Source: Candidatus Marinacidobacterales bacterium (GTDB lineage Bacteria; Acidobacteriota; Vicinamibacteria; Marinacidobacterales; SMYC01). From it: 64,000 nt of DNA. This document shows, piece after piece, positions 1-9,031 of this stretch. The position numbers were made by a program, and so were the translations under genes. The notes beneath the pieces were generated by a model. It worked only from the letters and a program-made list of their open reading frames with translations. It had not been told where the DNA came from and did no database searches. The stretch lies in the NCBI GenBank assembly GCA_965237685.1, contig CBDEGF010000004.1, forward strand, positions 264,541 through 328,540, given 5' to 3'. The stretch's first letter is position 1. Every line of letters starts with the position of its first letter.

Positions 1-678
1 CCGCGGCCACACTGGCGAGCGCAACGAGCTCTTCCGTCTTCGCATAGGTTCCGGGCGGGTAGATGAGAGCGGTGGAGATTCCGACGGCACCGTCCTGCAT
101 GGCCTGCTCGACGAGAGTCTTCATCTGTTCGAGCTGTGCCGCGGTGGGCTGCACCTCCTCGTCCCCGAGAACGACGCGCCTCACCTGGGCGGCACCGACA
201 TTGTGTACGACGTTGAGCGCCACGCCTTTCTGCTCCAGCAGGTCGAAGTACTCGGCGAAGCGCACCCACCGGGTGCCTTCGGGGAGCCCCTCCGCGAGAT
301 CCCCGAACGTATCCGGGCTCTGAGGAGCAAGGGATCCGCCTTCGCCAGCCATCATCGTCGTGATGCCCTGCCGCAGCTTGCTCTCGGCGGTCTTCGCATC
401 TCGCAGCAATGGAATCGTCGAGCCGCCCATCATGTCGATGAAACCGGGTGCGATCACACGTCCGTTGGCGTCGATGACGCGCTCGGCGCTCCCGGTCGTC
501 AGCGCGCCGACCTCGACGATACGGCCATCACGAATGGCGACACTTCCCCGCTCGCCCGGGCTTCCCGAGCCATCGATCAGGAGACCGTCACGGAGGATGA
601 GATCGAAAGCGGCTTCGTCGGACGACGGCCGACACCCCGCAAGCGATAGCGCCACGGAGCAGGCAAGCAGACCACGCA
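1..678 (-). CDS. N-acyl-D-amino-acid deacylase (D-aminoacylase) family amidohydrolase, N-terminal ~225 aa; 3' end of the gene lies beyond the window start
   Basis: Reverse-strand ATG at 676-678 preceded by GGAGGTG. Translation is MRGLLACSVALSLAGC (lipoprotein-type signal) ...FDLILRDGLLIDGSG...PGFIDMMGG...MMAGEGGS...ALIYPPG, typical of the D-aminoacylase/amidohydrolase N-terminal domain. The forward-frame ORFs listed here are antisense shadows. Confidence 0.65.
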
Positions 679-726
679 TAGACACCTCCAGCAGCGCATC
701 TTAGCCCCAATTTACGATTCCCGTAA

Positions 727-788
727 AAAACGGGGACAGGTAATTCTTTTTTCGTTTTTTGAAAAAAGAATTACCTGTCCCCGTTTTT
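727..788. repeat. Perfect 26-bp inverted repeat (AAAACGGGGACAGGTAATTCTTTTTT / AAAAAAGAATTACCTGTCCCCGTTTT) separated by 10 bp, AT-rich, in a divergent intergenic region
   Basis: Read directly from the sequence: 727-752 is the exact reverse complement of 763-788. Local GC is far below the ~66% window average. Confidence 0.9.
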
Positions 789-926
789 TACCAATTACGT
801 AACTCCAAACGTGCCTCCTGGCGCGACTAGTGCTCTTTGGCGCAATCGTGCAAGATAGCGTCGGCGAGAGTCCGGCCCGCGCGGTTCCGGAGGGCCGACG
901 ATCGCACATTTCGGGAGGGCCTTCAC

Positions 927-1481
927 ATGGAAAGTATCATTTCCAGACTGCTTCTGGATTTCGAAGAAGGAAAGATGACTCGACGCCAGCTCATTCAGAG
1001 TCTGGCACTTGCGGCCACTGCGGCGTCCACCGCGAGCACAGCCGTCTCGGCTGCTCCCGCGTAAGGCGGGTTCAAAACGGTCGGGCTGGACCATATTTCC
1101 TACCAGGTCTCCGACTACCGCAAAACTCGCGATTTCTACGCCGACCTGATGGGAATGACCGTGTCTGGCGACAACGGCAGTACTCAGTGTCAGCTTGGTT
1201 TCGGTGAGGGATCCATCTTGATCGCCCGTAATCACCGCACGCGGCCCGGAGAGGCCGCGGATCTCGACCCGAAGCCAACCGTCGATCACATCGCGTACAA
1301 GATCGACGACTGGGACACGGACCGGGTAAGAGCGGAACTGGAGAGCCGTGGTCTGAACCCGCGGCTGGATACGGGTGGCGGGGACGACTACGCCAGTTTC
1401 CACGTTCCCGACCCCGACGGCTACGACCTCCAGATCAGCGGAGACGTGAAGCCGGGAGACTCCTTGCACAAGAAGAGTTAA
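927..1481 (+). pseudogene. Tat-signal-peptide VOC/glyoxalase-family protein interrupted by an in-frame TAA (1062-1064)
   Basis: GGGAGGG RBS sits 6 nt before ATG 927. The N-terminus is MESIISRLLLDFEEGKMTRRQLIQSLALAATAAS, a twin-arginine motif followed by an Ala-rich h-region. After TAA the same frame continues GGFKTVGLDHISYQVSDYRKTRDFYADLMGM...HIAYKIDDWD (VOC fold). No ATG/GTG/TTG lies between the TAA and codon 1149. Confidence 0.5.
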
Positions 1482-1544
1482 GGGCCCGCGGCGCGGTTCG
1501 AAGCACTGCCGAAAACTGGTATAAAGGCACCAGGAGGTGAGCCC

Positions 1545-2102
1545 ATGGTGTCCATTCCGTCCTTGTGGTTGCCCATTGTCCTTTCGGCCGGGCTCGTTTT
1601 CATCGTGAGCTCCGTGATTCACATGTTTCTTCCCTACCACCGGAGCGATTTCGGAAAAGTGCCTGCCGAAGACGATGTCATGGATGCTCTTCGCAAGTTC
1701 GAGATTCCACCCGGCGAGTACGTCATCCCCTGCCCGGGCAGTCCGGAAGCAATGAAGTCAGAAGCATTTCAAGAGAAGGCGAACAAGGGTCCGGTCGCTT
1801 TCATGACCGTCATGCCGAGCGGCATGCCTGGGATGGGCAAGAGCCTGGTGCAATGGTTCGTGTATTCCATCATCGTGGGCGTGATCGCCGCCTACATCGC
1901 CGGCAGGGCGCTCGGGCCGGGCGCGGAGTATCTGAAGGTCTTTCAACTCGCCGGATGCACGGCTTTCGTCGGATACGCCGTTGCGCTGTGGCAGAACTCG
2001 ATCTGGTACAAGCGAAAGTGGAGCACGACTCTGAAGAATACGTTCGACGGGCTCGTTTACAGCCTCCTGACGGGCGGCGCGTTCGGGTGGCTCTGGCCCT
2101 AG
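1545..2102 (+). CDS. Hypothetical integral membrane protein (185 aa, 3-4 predicted TM segments)
   Basis: AGGAGGTG RBS precedes ATG 1545. Hydrophobic stretches: LWLPIVLSAGLVFIVSSVIHMF and VQWFVYSIIVGVIAAYIAG. No family recognised. Confidence 0.5.
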   Translation: MVSIPSLWLPIVLSAGLVFIVSSVIHMFLPYHRSDFGKVPAEDDVMDALRKFEIPPGEYVIPCPGSPEAMKSEAFQEKANKGPVAFMTVMPSGMPGMGKSLVQWFVYSIIVGVIAAYIAGRALGPGAEYLKVFQLAGCTAFVGYAVALWQNSIWYKRKWSTTLKNTFDGLVYSLLTGGAFGWLWP

Positions 2103-2276
2103 CAGGCTGCCGATGTCTTTTCAGCGGCCTGCCGCTTGCCGGTCCGGGTCCACAGATCGACCTCAAGCGTCACTTCGTCGCTGATGAAGTTGGGGATCGC
2201 GCTGTGCTGGAAGCCGGATCCAATGCCGTAGTCCTGCCGGTCGATCGCGCTTCGAGCGACAGGGCAGGAAACGATT

Positions 2277-2315
2277 TTGACATGTGATTCTGATGAAAGT
2301 AAGCTAGTTACATGT
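2277..2315 (+). promoter_or_regulatory. Putative sigma70 promoter (TTGACA-17 nt-TAAGCT) overlapped by an ACATGT...ACATGT inverted-repeat operator upstream of the TA operon
   Basis: TTGACA is at 2277-2282 and TAAGCT at 2300-2305. ACATGT occurs at 2280-2285 and again at 2310-2315, overlapping the -35 box and the start codon. This is the typical autoregulatory site of an RHH antitoxin. Confidence 0.4.
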
Positions 2316-2542
2316 CGGCGATGATCCAGATTCGCAACGTTCCCGAGAATATGCACCGTCAACTCAAAGCGCGGGCAGCACTCGCGGGAATGACGCTCTC
2401 CGAATACCTCCTGCAAGAGCTGAAGAAAGATCTCGAGAGACCAACGCGTGAAGAGTTGCTGGATCGCATAGCGAAACTTCCCGGCGTGAAGCTTTCGAAA
2501 ACGCCAGCGGAAATCATACGAGAGGAACGAGATCGTCGTTGA
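2312..2542 (+). CDS. vapB: Ribbon-helix-helix type II antitoxin (FitA/VapB-like)
   Basis: MIQIRNVPENMHRQLKARAALAGMTLSEYLL is a classical Arc/MetJ-type RHH antitoxin N-terminus. The stop overlaps the toxin start by 4 nt (TTGA). Confidence 0.75.
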   Translation: MSAMIQIRNVPENMHRQLKARAALAGMTLSEYLLQELKKDLERPTREELLDRIAKLPGVKLSKTPAEIIREERDRR

Positions 2543-2934
2543 TCGCTCTCGATGCCCCCGCACTGGTCGAGCTCCTTCTGAACACCGGGCCGGGTGGAAG
2601 GCTTGCTCGACGAGTCCATTCCTCCAGGGTGACGCTGCATGCTCCGCACCTCATTGATCTCGAGGTCGCGCAAACCCTCCGACGATACGTGCGCAACGGT
2701 GACATCGATGAGGAGCGCGCGCGGATCGCTCTCCGGCATCTCACTGCTCTCGACTTGAACCGGTACGCGCATTCGGATTTCCTGCCGAGGATCTGGGCGC
2801 TCAAGGAGAACGTCACCGCCTATGACGCCGCTTACGCCGCCCTTGCCGAAGCGCTCGGCGCGATCCTGGTGACCGGTGACCGCCACCTGGCGAACGTACC
2901 GGGGATCCGCGCCGAGATCGAGGTCCTCCGGTAG
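2539..2934 (+). CDS. vapC: PIN-domain ribonuclease toxin VapC
   Basis: TTG start at 2539 overlaps the antitoxin stop. MIALDAPALVELLL...DLEVAQTL...AYDAAYAALAEALGAILVTGDRHL carries the PIN acidic residues and the C-terminal TxD-like motif. Confidence 0.8.
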   Translation: MIALDAPALVELLLNTGPGGRLARRVHSSRVTLHAPHLIDLEVAQTLRRYVRNGDIDEERARIALRHLTALDLNRYAHSDFLPRIWALKENVTAYDAAYAALAEALGAILVTGDRHLANVPGIRAEIEVLR

Positions 2935-3037
2935 GCTTCAATCGGATCGACGGCTTCGCCGTCGGGCTTGTGGAAAGCGGTTGGGCCGCTCGACCCGACC
3001 GCCTTGAGAGGCGGGGCGTGACACGACCGACGCCCCC

Positions 3038-3553
3038 CTAACGAGGCCTGGAGTTTTCCAGAGCCTCGGCCTTCGCGACGACAGCCGCCGCGGTCTTTTC
3101 ACAGGAGTCGTAGCAGCGAAGCTTGAGCACGAACGTTTTCAGGCGAACATCCAGCTTTCGCCGAAACCTCTTGAGGTAGTCCTCGGTACCGAGCTCGATG
3201 CGCTGAGCGCCGCTGTGCACCGTAAACGGCGTCACCGCGAGGCGCGCGGTGTAGTCCTCACCGTCCGCGCGGGTGCCTTCGACGCGCAACTGGGTGAGCT
3301 CCGGCTCGACGCGACCGAGCTTCGGGTAGTATGTGAACTGGAAGATCTTCCTGCCCGGCACGCGTCCCGCGACTTCGTCACCCTGGTACAAAACCGAGTT
3401 CTCCAGGTGTGGACAGGTGCGAAAATAGATTGGAACGTAGATGCTTCGGGTAAGAAACTCACCGGCAAGGGCAAGGTTCGACGCAGCGAAAAGGGTCACT
3501 ATGAGGACGAGCAGCGCGATCCTCGAGTGGCGGGTGAAAGTGATCTCGGCCAT
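3038..3553 (-). CDS. Hypothetical N-terminally membrane-anchored protein (about 171 aa from the internal Met)
   Basis: GGAG RBS precedes ATG 3553 (MAEITFTRHSRIALLVLIVTLFAASNLALAG = signal anchor). The longer ORF from 3658 lacks an RBS. Confidence 0.45.
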   Translation of the reverse strand: MAEITFTRHSRIALLVLIVTLFAASNLALAGEFLTRSIYVPIYFRTCPHLENSVLYQGDEVAGRVPGRKIFQFTYYPKLGRVEPELTQLRVEGTRADGEDYTARLAVTPFTVHSGAQRIELGTEDYLKRFRRKLDVRLKTFVLKLRCYDSCEKTAAAVVAKAEALENSRPR

Positions 3554-3891
3554 GGCAAGCTCCAACACTGGGAGTGCAGTCCACCGGGTTAGCTGCAGGT
3601 GCCCCCACAAACACCCGCGCACCGGGCACTCTTCGCCGGCTTCATTCGCCGGCTTCAAGGCCTGTGACCGCCGCGATCTAGTCGAATAAACTGTTCTGGA
3701 AGCTGTTAAACCTACTTCTTTATAAAAGCAAGAAGGATGCCAGGCAGGGTGAGTCCGTAAACCGTTGCGTTCTCGTTCGACGCGAGTGGAAATACGTCAG
3801 ATCCGATGTTCCAGAATGACAAAGTTTGGTCCCGGGTGTGGGTTTTTTCCGGAACCAAGTGTGGGGCTTTTCGGAATACGATAGCGGGGCG

Positions 3892-4071
3892 ATGCGTACG
3901 ATCGATAGCCCAGACCAGACGTCGACCCTGCTGAGGGACGTCAAACATCTGCGGCGGCTCGCATCGATGCTGTTCGCCTACTTCACTGCGGGCGCCCGCG
4001 TGCGGCGCCTTTATCGCAAGAAGGAAGAAGACGGCGACGTCGTCTGGGTCGATGAGGAGATGTCCCCGTGA
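3892..4071 (+). CDS. Small hypothetical protein, translationally coupled (GTGA overlap) to the downstream Fe-S gene
   Basis: MRTIDSPDQTSTLLRDVKHLRRLASMLFAYFTAGARVRRLYRKKEEDGDVVWVDEEMSP. It sits in a lower-GC segment (3690-3830). Confidence 0.3.
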   Translation: MRTIDSPDQTSTLLRDVKHLRRLASMLFAYFTAGARVRRLYRKKEEDGDVVWVDEEMSP

Positions 4072-5025
4072 AACCAGATGCGCCTCCAGGAACGAGCTAC
4101 GCCTTTGGCTATCGCCATGCCCCGGAACCGGGAAACGCCATCAACGGGCTCGGGGAAAAAGACCGACGCCAGGCTCGCCATGTGTTTCACAACGCCACGG
4201 GAGAAGATCTGGCCTGGAAGGACCTCGATAACTTCTTTAGTTACATCAACCCATGGGGCGTGGTCCGACAGCTGCTGGCGAACAGCTGGCAGCTGCGGCG
4301 CCGTCAGGGCCCGGTAGGCAGCTCTTGCCGGGCGGTCGACGATCCCCGGGCCATGGCCTCGGAGATCAAGGCCAAAGCGCGTGAGCTGGGTGCGGGGCTG
4401 GTCGGGATCACCCGCATCACGGAAGAAGCCCTGTACGAGGGTCACGAGGTGTCCTACGAAAGCGCTGTCTGCATCGGGCTCCCCATGAACCGCGTGGAGA
4501 TGGTCCACGTTCCCCAGAAGCGCGCCGCGGTGGAAGTCATGCGTACCTATCGTCGCGTGGCCCGCATCGCCATCGAGCTCGGCGAACACATCCGGCGCAT
4601 GGGCTGGCCCGCCAAAGCGTACGGCAATCCGAACAGCACCGAGATCCTCCACATCCCCCGCTGTGCGGGCCGGCCTGGGCGAGCTGGGAAAGCACGGCTC
4701 CATGATCAGCAAGGAGTACGGCTCCAACTTCCGGCTGGCGGCAGTGCTCACCGACCTCCCGATGACTTACGACGAACCGGTGGACATTGGCGTCGAGGAT
4801 GTCTGTACTCGCTGCCGGCGCTGCGTCATCGACTGCCCACCCGACGCTATCTTCAACGAAAAACAGTGGATACGCGGCGAGAAGCGCTGGTACGTGGACT
4901 TCGACAAAAGTATCCCGTACTTCGTGAAAACCTACGGCTGCGCCATCTGCATCGAGGTCTGTCCCTGGAGCGAGCCAGGCAGCGGCCCGAAGCTGTCGGA
5001 GCTCGTCCTCGCCAATCGAAAGTGA
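4068..5025 (+). pseudogene. QueG-like / reductive-dehalogenase-like 4Fe-4S dicluster protein with a +1/-1 frameshift at a C5 homopolymer (4655-4659)
   Basis: Frame 1 reads ...NSTEILHIP through the CCCCC run, then frame 2 continues AVRAGLGELGKHGSMISKEYGS...CTRCRRCVIDCPPDAI...YGCAICIEVCPWSE. These are two ferredoxin-type CxxCxxCxxxCP motifs. Removing one C restores IPAVRAGLGELGK, the conserved QueG-family motif. Confidence 0.55.
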
Positions 5026-5039
5026 ATGGGTTCACGGAG

Positions 5040-5085
5040 CGGGGAACCCGCAACCAAGAAAAAGATCAACGCAAAGACGCGAAGT
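5040..5085. repeat. Short dispersed repeat (CGCGAAGTCGCCAAGATCGCAAAGG core); second copy at 63435-63512
   Basis: AACCAAGAAAAAGATCAACGCAAAGACGCGAAGTCGCCAAGATCGCAAAGG at 5043-5083 matches AACCAAAAGAAAACGAAAAGGCGCAAAGACC...TTGCGATCTTTGCGACTTCGCG at 63435-63512. Confidence 0.5.
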
Positions 5086-5333
5086 CGCCAAGATCGCAAA
5101 GGTTCACTCCTCCTCGCCTTCGGCGGCCTTTGCGCCTGAGGTGGCTCCGTGGCGAAAGCGTTGCCTTGGCTGGAAAAGACGCGAGCTGAGGCGGAAAGAA
5201 TGGGTTCCGGGTACATGGAGCGAGTCTTGCGTTCTTTCGGCCTTCGCGCCTTTGCGTTGTCTTTTCTCTACAGGAAACAGAGGCCCGTCACGGTGGATGC
5301 CGTGTTGCGGCGACACGAAGTTCGGCTCGCGAA

Positions 5334-7148
5334 TCACTCCGACTCGCGGAGCAGCTGAAGGAACACCTCGCCGTACTTGTCGAGCTTGGCGGCGCCGACG
5401 CCGGAGATCGTGGCCAGAGACGCGAGCGAGCTCGGCTTTTCGATCGCCATCTCGATCAGCGTTCGATCGTGGAAGATGACGTAGGGTGGGAGGTTCGCCT
5501 CACGGGCAAGCTCGAGCCGCTTCGCGCGCAGGGCTTCGAAGAGCTTTTCGTCTCTGAGTGACGTCAGTACCGTCGCCGTCGACCGACCCGCTTTCGGTTT
5601 TCCGCTGCCCTTGACGGGCGCTGGATCGCGGCGCAAGGTGAAGCCCGCCTCGCCTTTGAGAACCGGCCAGGCGTGCCGTGCGAGCGACAGGCCTCCGTGC
5701 TCCGGCTCGACCGCGAGCATGCCAGCCGCCACCAGCTGTCGATACACGCTCATCCACCCATTGCGATCGCGCTCTTCCCCGATGCCGAAGGTCGAGACGC
5801 TGGAATGTCCGTTGCGGCGGACACGCTCGTCGTCCTTGCCCAAGAGGACATCGGCGAGGTAGGCGGCGCCAAAGCGCTGGCCGGTGCGGTAGACGTTCGA
5901 AAGGGCTTTCTGTGCCTCGGTCGTTCCGTCGTAACTCTCGACGGGATTCAGGCAGGTGTCGCAGTTCCCGCACTCGCCCGCGTGCTCCTCGCCGAAGTAA
6001 CGCAGCAGGACTGCCCGCCGGCACTCGGCACTCTCGCAATACCCTAGAAGGCTGTTGAGCTTCAGATGCTCGATTCGCTTCCGCTCGAGCGAGGTGTCGG
6101 ACCGCTCGACGAGTTGGCGGATGAGGACCGCATCGCCGTAGCCGTAGCACATCCAGGCATCGGAGGGGAGGCCGTCACGGCCCGCCCGCCCGGTCTCCTG
6201 ATAGTAGGCCTCGAGGCTCTTCGGCAGATCCAGATGGGCGACGAAGCGCACGTCCGGCTTGTCGATACCCATGCCGAAGGCGATGGTCGCGACGATGACG
6301 ACGCCGTCCTCGTTCTGGAAGCGCTCCTGGTGCGCCTGTCGAACGCTTTTGTCGAGCCCGGCATGATAGGCGAGCGCTTCGATCCTCTCTTCGCGCAGCC
6401 ACCCCGTCGTCTGCTCGACTTTCTTCCGGCTCATGCAGTACACGATGCCGCTCTCGCCGGAATGGCGTGCCCCAAGAAAGCGCAGGAGTTGGCGGCGCGC
6501 GTTCGACTTCGGCACCACCTCGTAACGGATGTTGGGCCGGTCGAAGCCCGAGACGAACAGTCCTGCCTCGGGAAGCGCGAGATGCGACAGGATCTCGCGG
6601 CGGGTCGGCGCATCGGCGGTGGCGGTCAGCGCAATCCGTGGCACTTCCGGGTACCGCTCTTGGAGCACGTCGAGCTTCCTGTATTCGGGACGGAAGTCGT
6701 GGCCCCACTGACTGACGCAGTGGGCCTCGTCGATCGCGAAAAGAGCGATCCGGGTCCGGTCGAGCTGCTCCAGAAACGACGAGGTGACGAGCCGTTCGGG
6801 CGCGACGTAGACGAGATCGTACCTGCCGGCCACCATGTCGGTCTCGATCTGCCGCGCCTGGTGGGGCGGAAGCGTCGAGTTGACGAAGGCCGCTTCGATG
6901 CCGGCCTCGCGCAGGGCATCGACCTGGTCCTTCATCAAGGCAATCAGCGGTGAGACGACGAGACCCACGCCCTCTCGGGCCATCGCCGGGATCTGGTAGC
7001 AGAGGCTCTTGCCGCCGCCGGTCGGCATGAGCACCAGCGCATCGCCACCGGCCACGACATGATCAATGACGCTCTCCTGCAGGCTCCGAAAGCTCGAATA
7101 GCCGAAGACGGATCGCAGGATCTCGTGAGGTGTGGAGCGTGCAGACAT
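5334..7148 (-). CDS. recQ: ATP-dependent DNA helicase RecQ
   Basis: 604 aa: [44 protein letters not shown] box ([20 protein letters not shown]), Zn-binding CxxC...C, RQC and HRDC ([23 protein letters not shown]). Confidence 0.95.
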   Translation of the reverse strand: MSARSTPHEILRSVFGYSSFRSLQESVIDHVVAGGDALVLMPTGGGKSLCYQIPAMAREGVGLVVSPLIALMKDQVDALREAGIEAAFVNSTLPPHQARQIETDMVAGRYDLVYVAPERLVTSSFLEQLDRTRIALFAIDEAHCVSQWGHDFRPEYRKLDVLQERYPEVPRIALTATADAPTRREILSHLALPEAGLFVSGFDRPNIRYEVVPKSNARRQLLRFLGARHSGESGIVYCMSRKKVEQTTGWLREERIEALAYHAGLDKSVRQAHQERFQNEDGVVIVATIAFGMGIDKPDVRFVAHLDLPKSLEAYYQETGRAGRDGLPSDAWMCYGYGDAVLIRQLVERSDTSLERKRIEHLKLNSLLGYCESAECRRAVLLRYFGEEHAGECGNCDTCLNPVESYDGTTEAQKALSNVYRTGQRFGAAYLADVLLGKDDERVRRNGHSSVSTFGIGEERDRNGWMSVYRQLVAAGMLAVEPEHGGLSLARHAWPVLKGEAGFTLRRDPAPVKGSGKPKAGRSTATVLTSLRDEKLFEALRAKRLELAREANLPPYVIFHDRTLIEMAIEKPSSLASLATISGVGAAKLDKYGEVFLQLLRESE

Positions 7149-7273
7149 TCGGATCGCCAGCGTTCGCCAGTCAGTCTAGCAAACTCGACATGGCGTGCCC
7201 TGCGGCTAGGAGATAGAATTCACCGTCCCAGGCTTCCGATACGCCGCGCCCGGGCGGTGTCGGACATGTTTGC

Positions 7274-7990
7274 CGCGGCCTGGCGAAGGTGCAGCAGAAA
7301 GTCTTGACAGGCGGCTCGGCGAGCGAACTGCCCACCGAGCAGATGACTGCGGACGGGCGGATCCTCGGGACCGTTGCCTACATGTCGCCCGAGCAGACCC
7401 AGGGCAAGAATGTCGATCACCGCACCGACATCTTCTCCGCAGGCGTCGTTCTCTACGAGATGGCGACCGGTCAGAAGCCATTCAGTGGCGATTCACCCGC
7501 AACGATCCTCTCTTCCATAATCAAGGACACGCCGCGCTCGGTGACCGAGCTGAACGCCTCCGTGCCGCGCGAGCTGGGAAAGATCATTCGACGCGGCCTG
7601 GCGAAAGATCCGGACCGGCGCTACCAGAGCGCGAAGGACCTTCGCAACGAGCTGGAAGAGCTGAAGCAGGAGGTCGAATCCGGTGAGCTGCTAGACGGTG
7701 TTCCGGTCCGCGGGCAAAAGCGCGCTCCGCTCGCCGTCATCGTGGTGGGAGCGGTGCTCGTCACGGCGATCGCAACCTATCTGCTGGTCGGACGCGGTGG
7801 AGACACCGGGCCAGGTACCACCGCCCCAACGGTGTCCGGCTTCACTCAGCTCACGTCCGATCCGGGCATAGAGAGCTTCCCGAGCCTGTCGCCCGATGGC
7901 AGGACCGTCGCCTACACGCGCGACGGAGACATCTACTTGAGACGCGTCGGCGGTGAACGCGTCCTCAACCTGACCGAGGATTCGCCGGTC
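7274..7990 (+). pseudogene. Internal fragment of a PknB-type Ser/Thr kinase: C-lobe from the GLAK/APE region, TM helix, start of a TolB-like beta-propeller; both ends missing
   Basis: Kinase similarity starts abruptly at CRGLAKV...GTVAYMSPEQ...DIFSAGVVLYEMATG...DPDRRYQSAKDL, followed by the TM helix LAVIVVGAVLVTAIATYLL and then SLSPDGRTVAYTRDGDIYL. No N-lobe (glycine loop, VAIK, HRD) lies upstream; the in-frame stop is at 7214. The 3' part runs into the convergent gene. Confidence 0.55.
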
Positions 7991-8579
7991 ACGGACGAAC
8001 AGCCCGAAACACCTCATCCACGACGAAGAGAACGTTGCGCGCGGCCGCAAAGTCGTGAAGCTCGCGAAGTGCCTTTTCGCTGAGAACCTTTCCCGTCGGA
8101 TTGTGAGGCCGGTTGATCAGGAGGAGCTTCGTTCGGTCATCCACCAGCGAGCGGATCTCGTCGGGATCGATTCGAAAGCTCTCGTCGGTCCGAAGCCGAT
8201 ACGACCTCACCTCGAGGCCCAGGGTTTCGGGCAGGGCGGCGAAACCCGGATAGCCGGGCGCGGGAAGCACCACGTTCGCTCCCGGCTCGGCCACGTGGTG
8301 AAAGAGACAGAGAAGCCCCTCGGAAGCTCCGGTCACGATCTGCACATCGTCCGGCTCGACGTCGTTCCAATCTGCGACGACCTGCCGAAGCCCCTCCGTG
8401 CCGGCGGCGGGCGGGTACGTCAGTTTCGACTCCCACAGCGCCTCCTGCTCTTCGGGCGACAACAGACTCAGCAGCTCGCGCACCGACCACGCGGGCCCGC
8501 TGCTCGCGGCGAGATTCAGACGGGTTCGCCGCTCCTGATCTTCCAGCCACGCCTCGAGAGCGAACAATTTCAACTCCAT
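7989..8579 (-). pseudogene. N-terminal half (196 aa) of a class I/II PLP-dependent aminotransferase, truncated before the Schiff-base lysine
   Basis: MELKLFALEAWLEDQERR...YPPAAGTEGLRQVVADW...LLLINRPHNPTGKV...LFVVDEVF then stop. A full-length enzyme is ~380 aa. The SxxK and C-terminal domain are absent from every frame. Confidence 0.6.
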
Positions 8580-8589
8580 TCATGCCCCC

Positions 8590-8645
8590 CTATTGTCATA
8601 TTACATTTGTCTCATATGGTGACGAACAACAATATGACAATATCG
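8590..8645. promoter_or_regulatory. AT-rich promoter/operator region with a 10-bp inverted repeat (ATTGTCATAT...ATATGACAAT) overlapping the GNAT start codon
   Basis: 8592-8601 is the reverse complement of 8632-8641. GC drops sharply here within a 66% GC background. Confidence 0.35.
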
Positions 8646-8990
8646 CCAAAATTGTCCTACGTACCAACTCACCACATCGAGCGACTGGACTCGTTGAGCC
8701 AGGCTCAAATCGAAGATCTGCACACGTTCTACCAGAACGAGTGGTGGACGCGAGGCCGAAAGCTCTCGGACGTCGCCGAGGCCGTCGCGGGCTCGGATGT
8801 CGTCGTGGCCTATCGCGATAACGGCAAGCTGGTGGGCTTTGCACGCGTGCTGGACGTGGTGTCTCACCCTCGCCTTTCCGGCGTGCGGCACTTCGAGCTC
8901 TACTGTCTTCCCGAGCTGGTCCCCTACTACGAGCATTTCGGTTTCACGCGCGCTCCCGGGCGAGTCATCCTCATGAGGAGGGGCTCATGA
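8616..8990 (+). CDS. Small GNAT-family N-acetyltransferase (about 120 aa)
   Basis: ...VAYRDNGKLVGFARVLDVVSHPRLSGVRHFELYCLPELVPYYEHFGF carries the acetyl-CoA-binding motif A and the C-terminal Y..FGF. The last codons (MRRGS) are the first unit of the downstream tandem repeat. Confidence 0.6.
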   Translation: MVTNNNMTISPKLSYVPTHHIERLDSLSQAQIEDLHTFYQNEWWTRGRKLSDVAEAVAGSDVVVAYRDNGKLVGFARVLDVVSHPRLSGVRHFELYCLPELVPYYEHFGFTRAPGRVILMRRGS

Positions 8991-9031
8991 GGAGGGGCTC
9001 ATGAGGAGGGGTTCGTGAGGAGGGGTTCGTG
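8973..9031 (+). repeat. 14-bp tandem repeat x4 (ATGAGGAGGGGCTC / GTGAGGAGGGGTTC), each unit = Shine-Dalgarno + start codon
   Basis: Units are at 8973, 8987, 9001 and 9015. The real GTG of the MocR gene is at 9029. Units 1-3 (ATG) read MRRGS* and unit 4 (GTG) reads VRRGS*; each stop shares its A with the next start (TGATG / TGAGTG). Confidence 0.9.

Noticed and set aside
2099-2563. 154-aa minus-strand ORF overlapping the vapBC operon
   Set aside because: It overlaps two well-supported genes on the opposite strand. Only its last about 60 codons lie in intergenic DNA, and those show no family resemblance.
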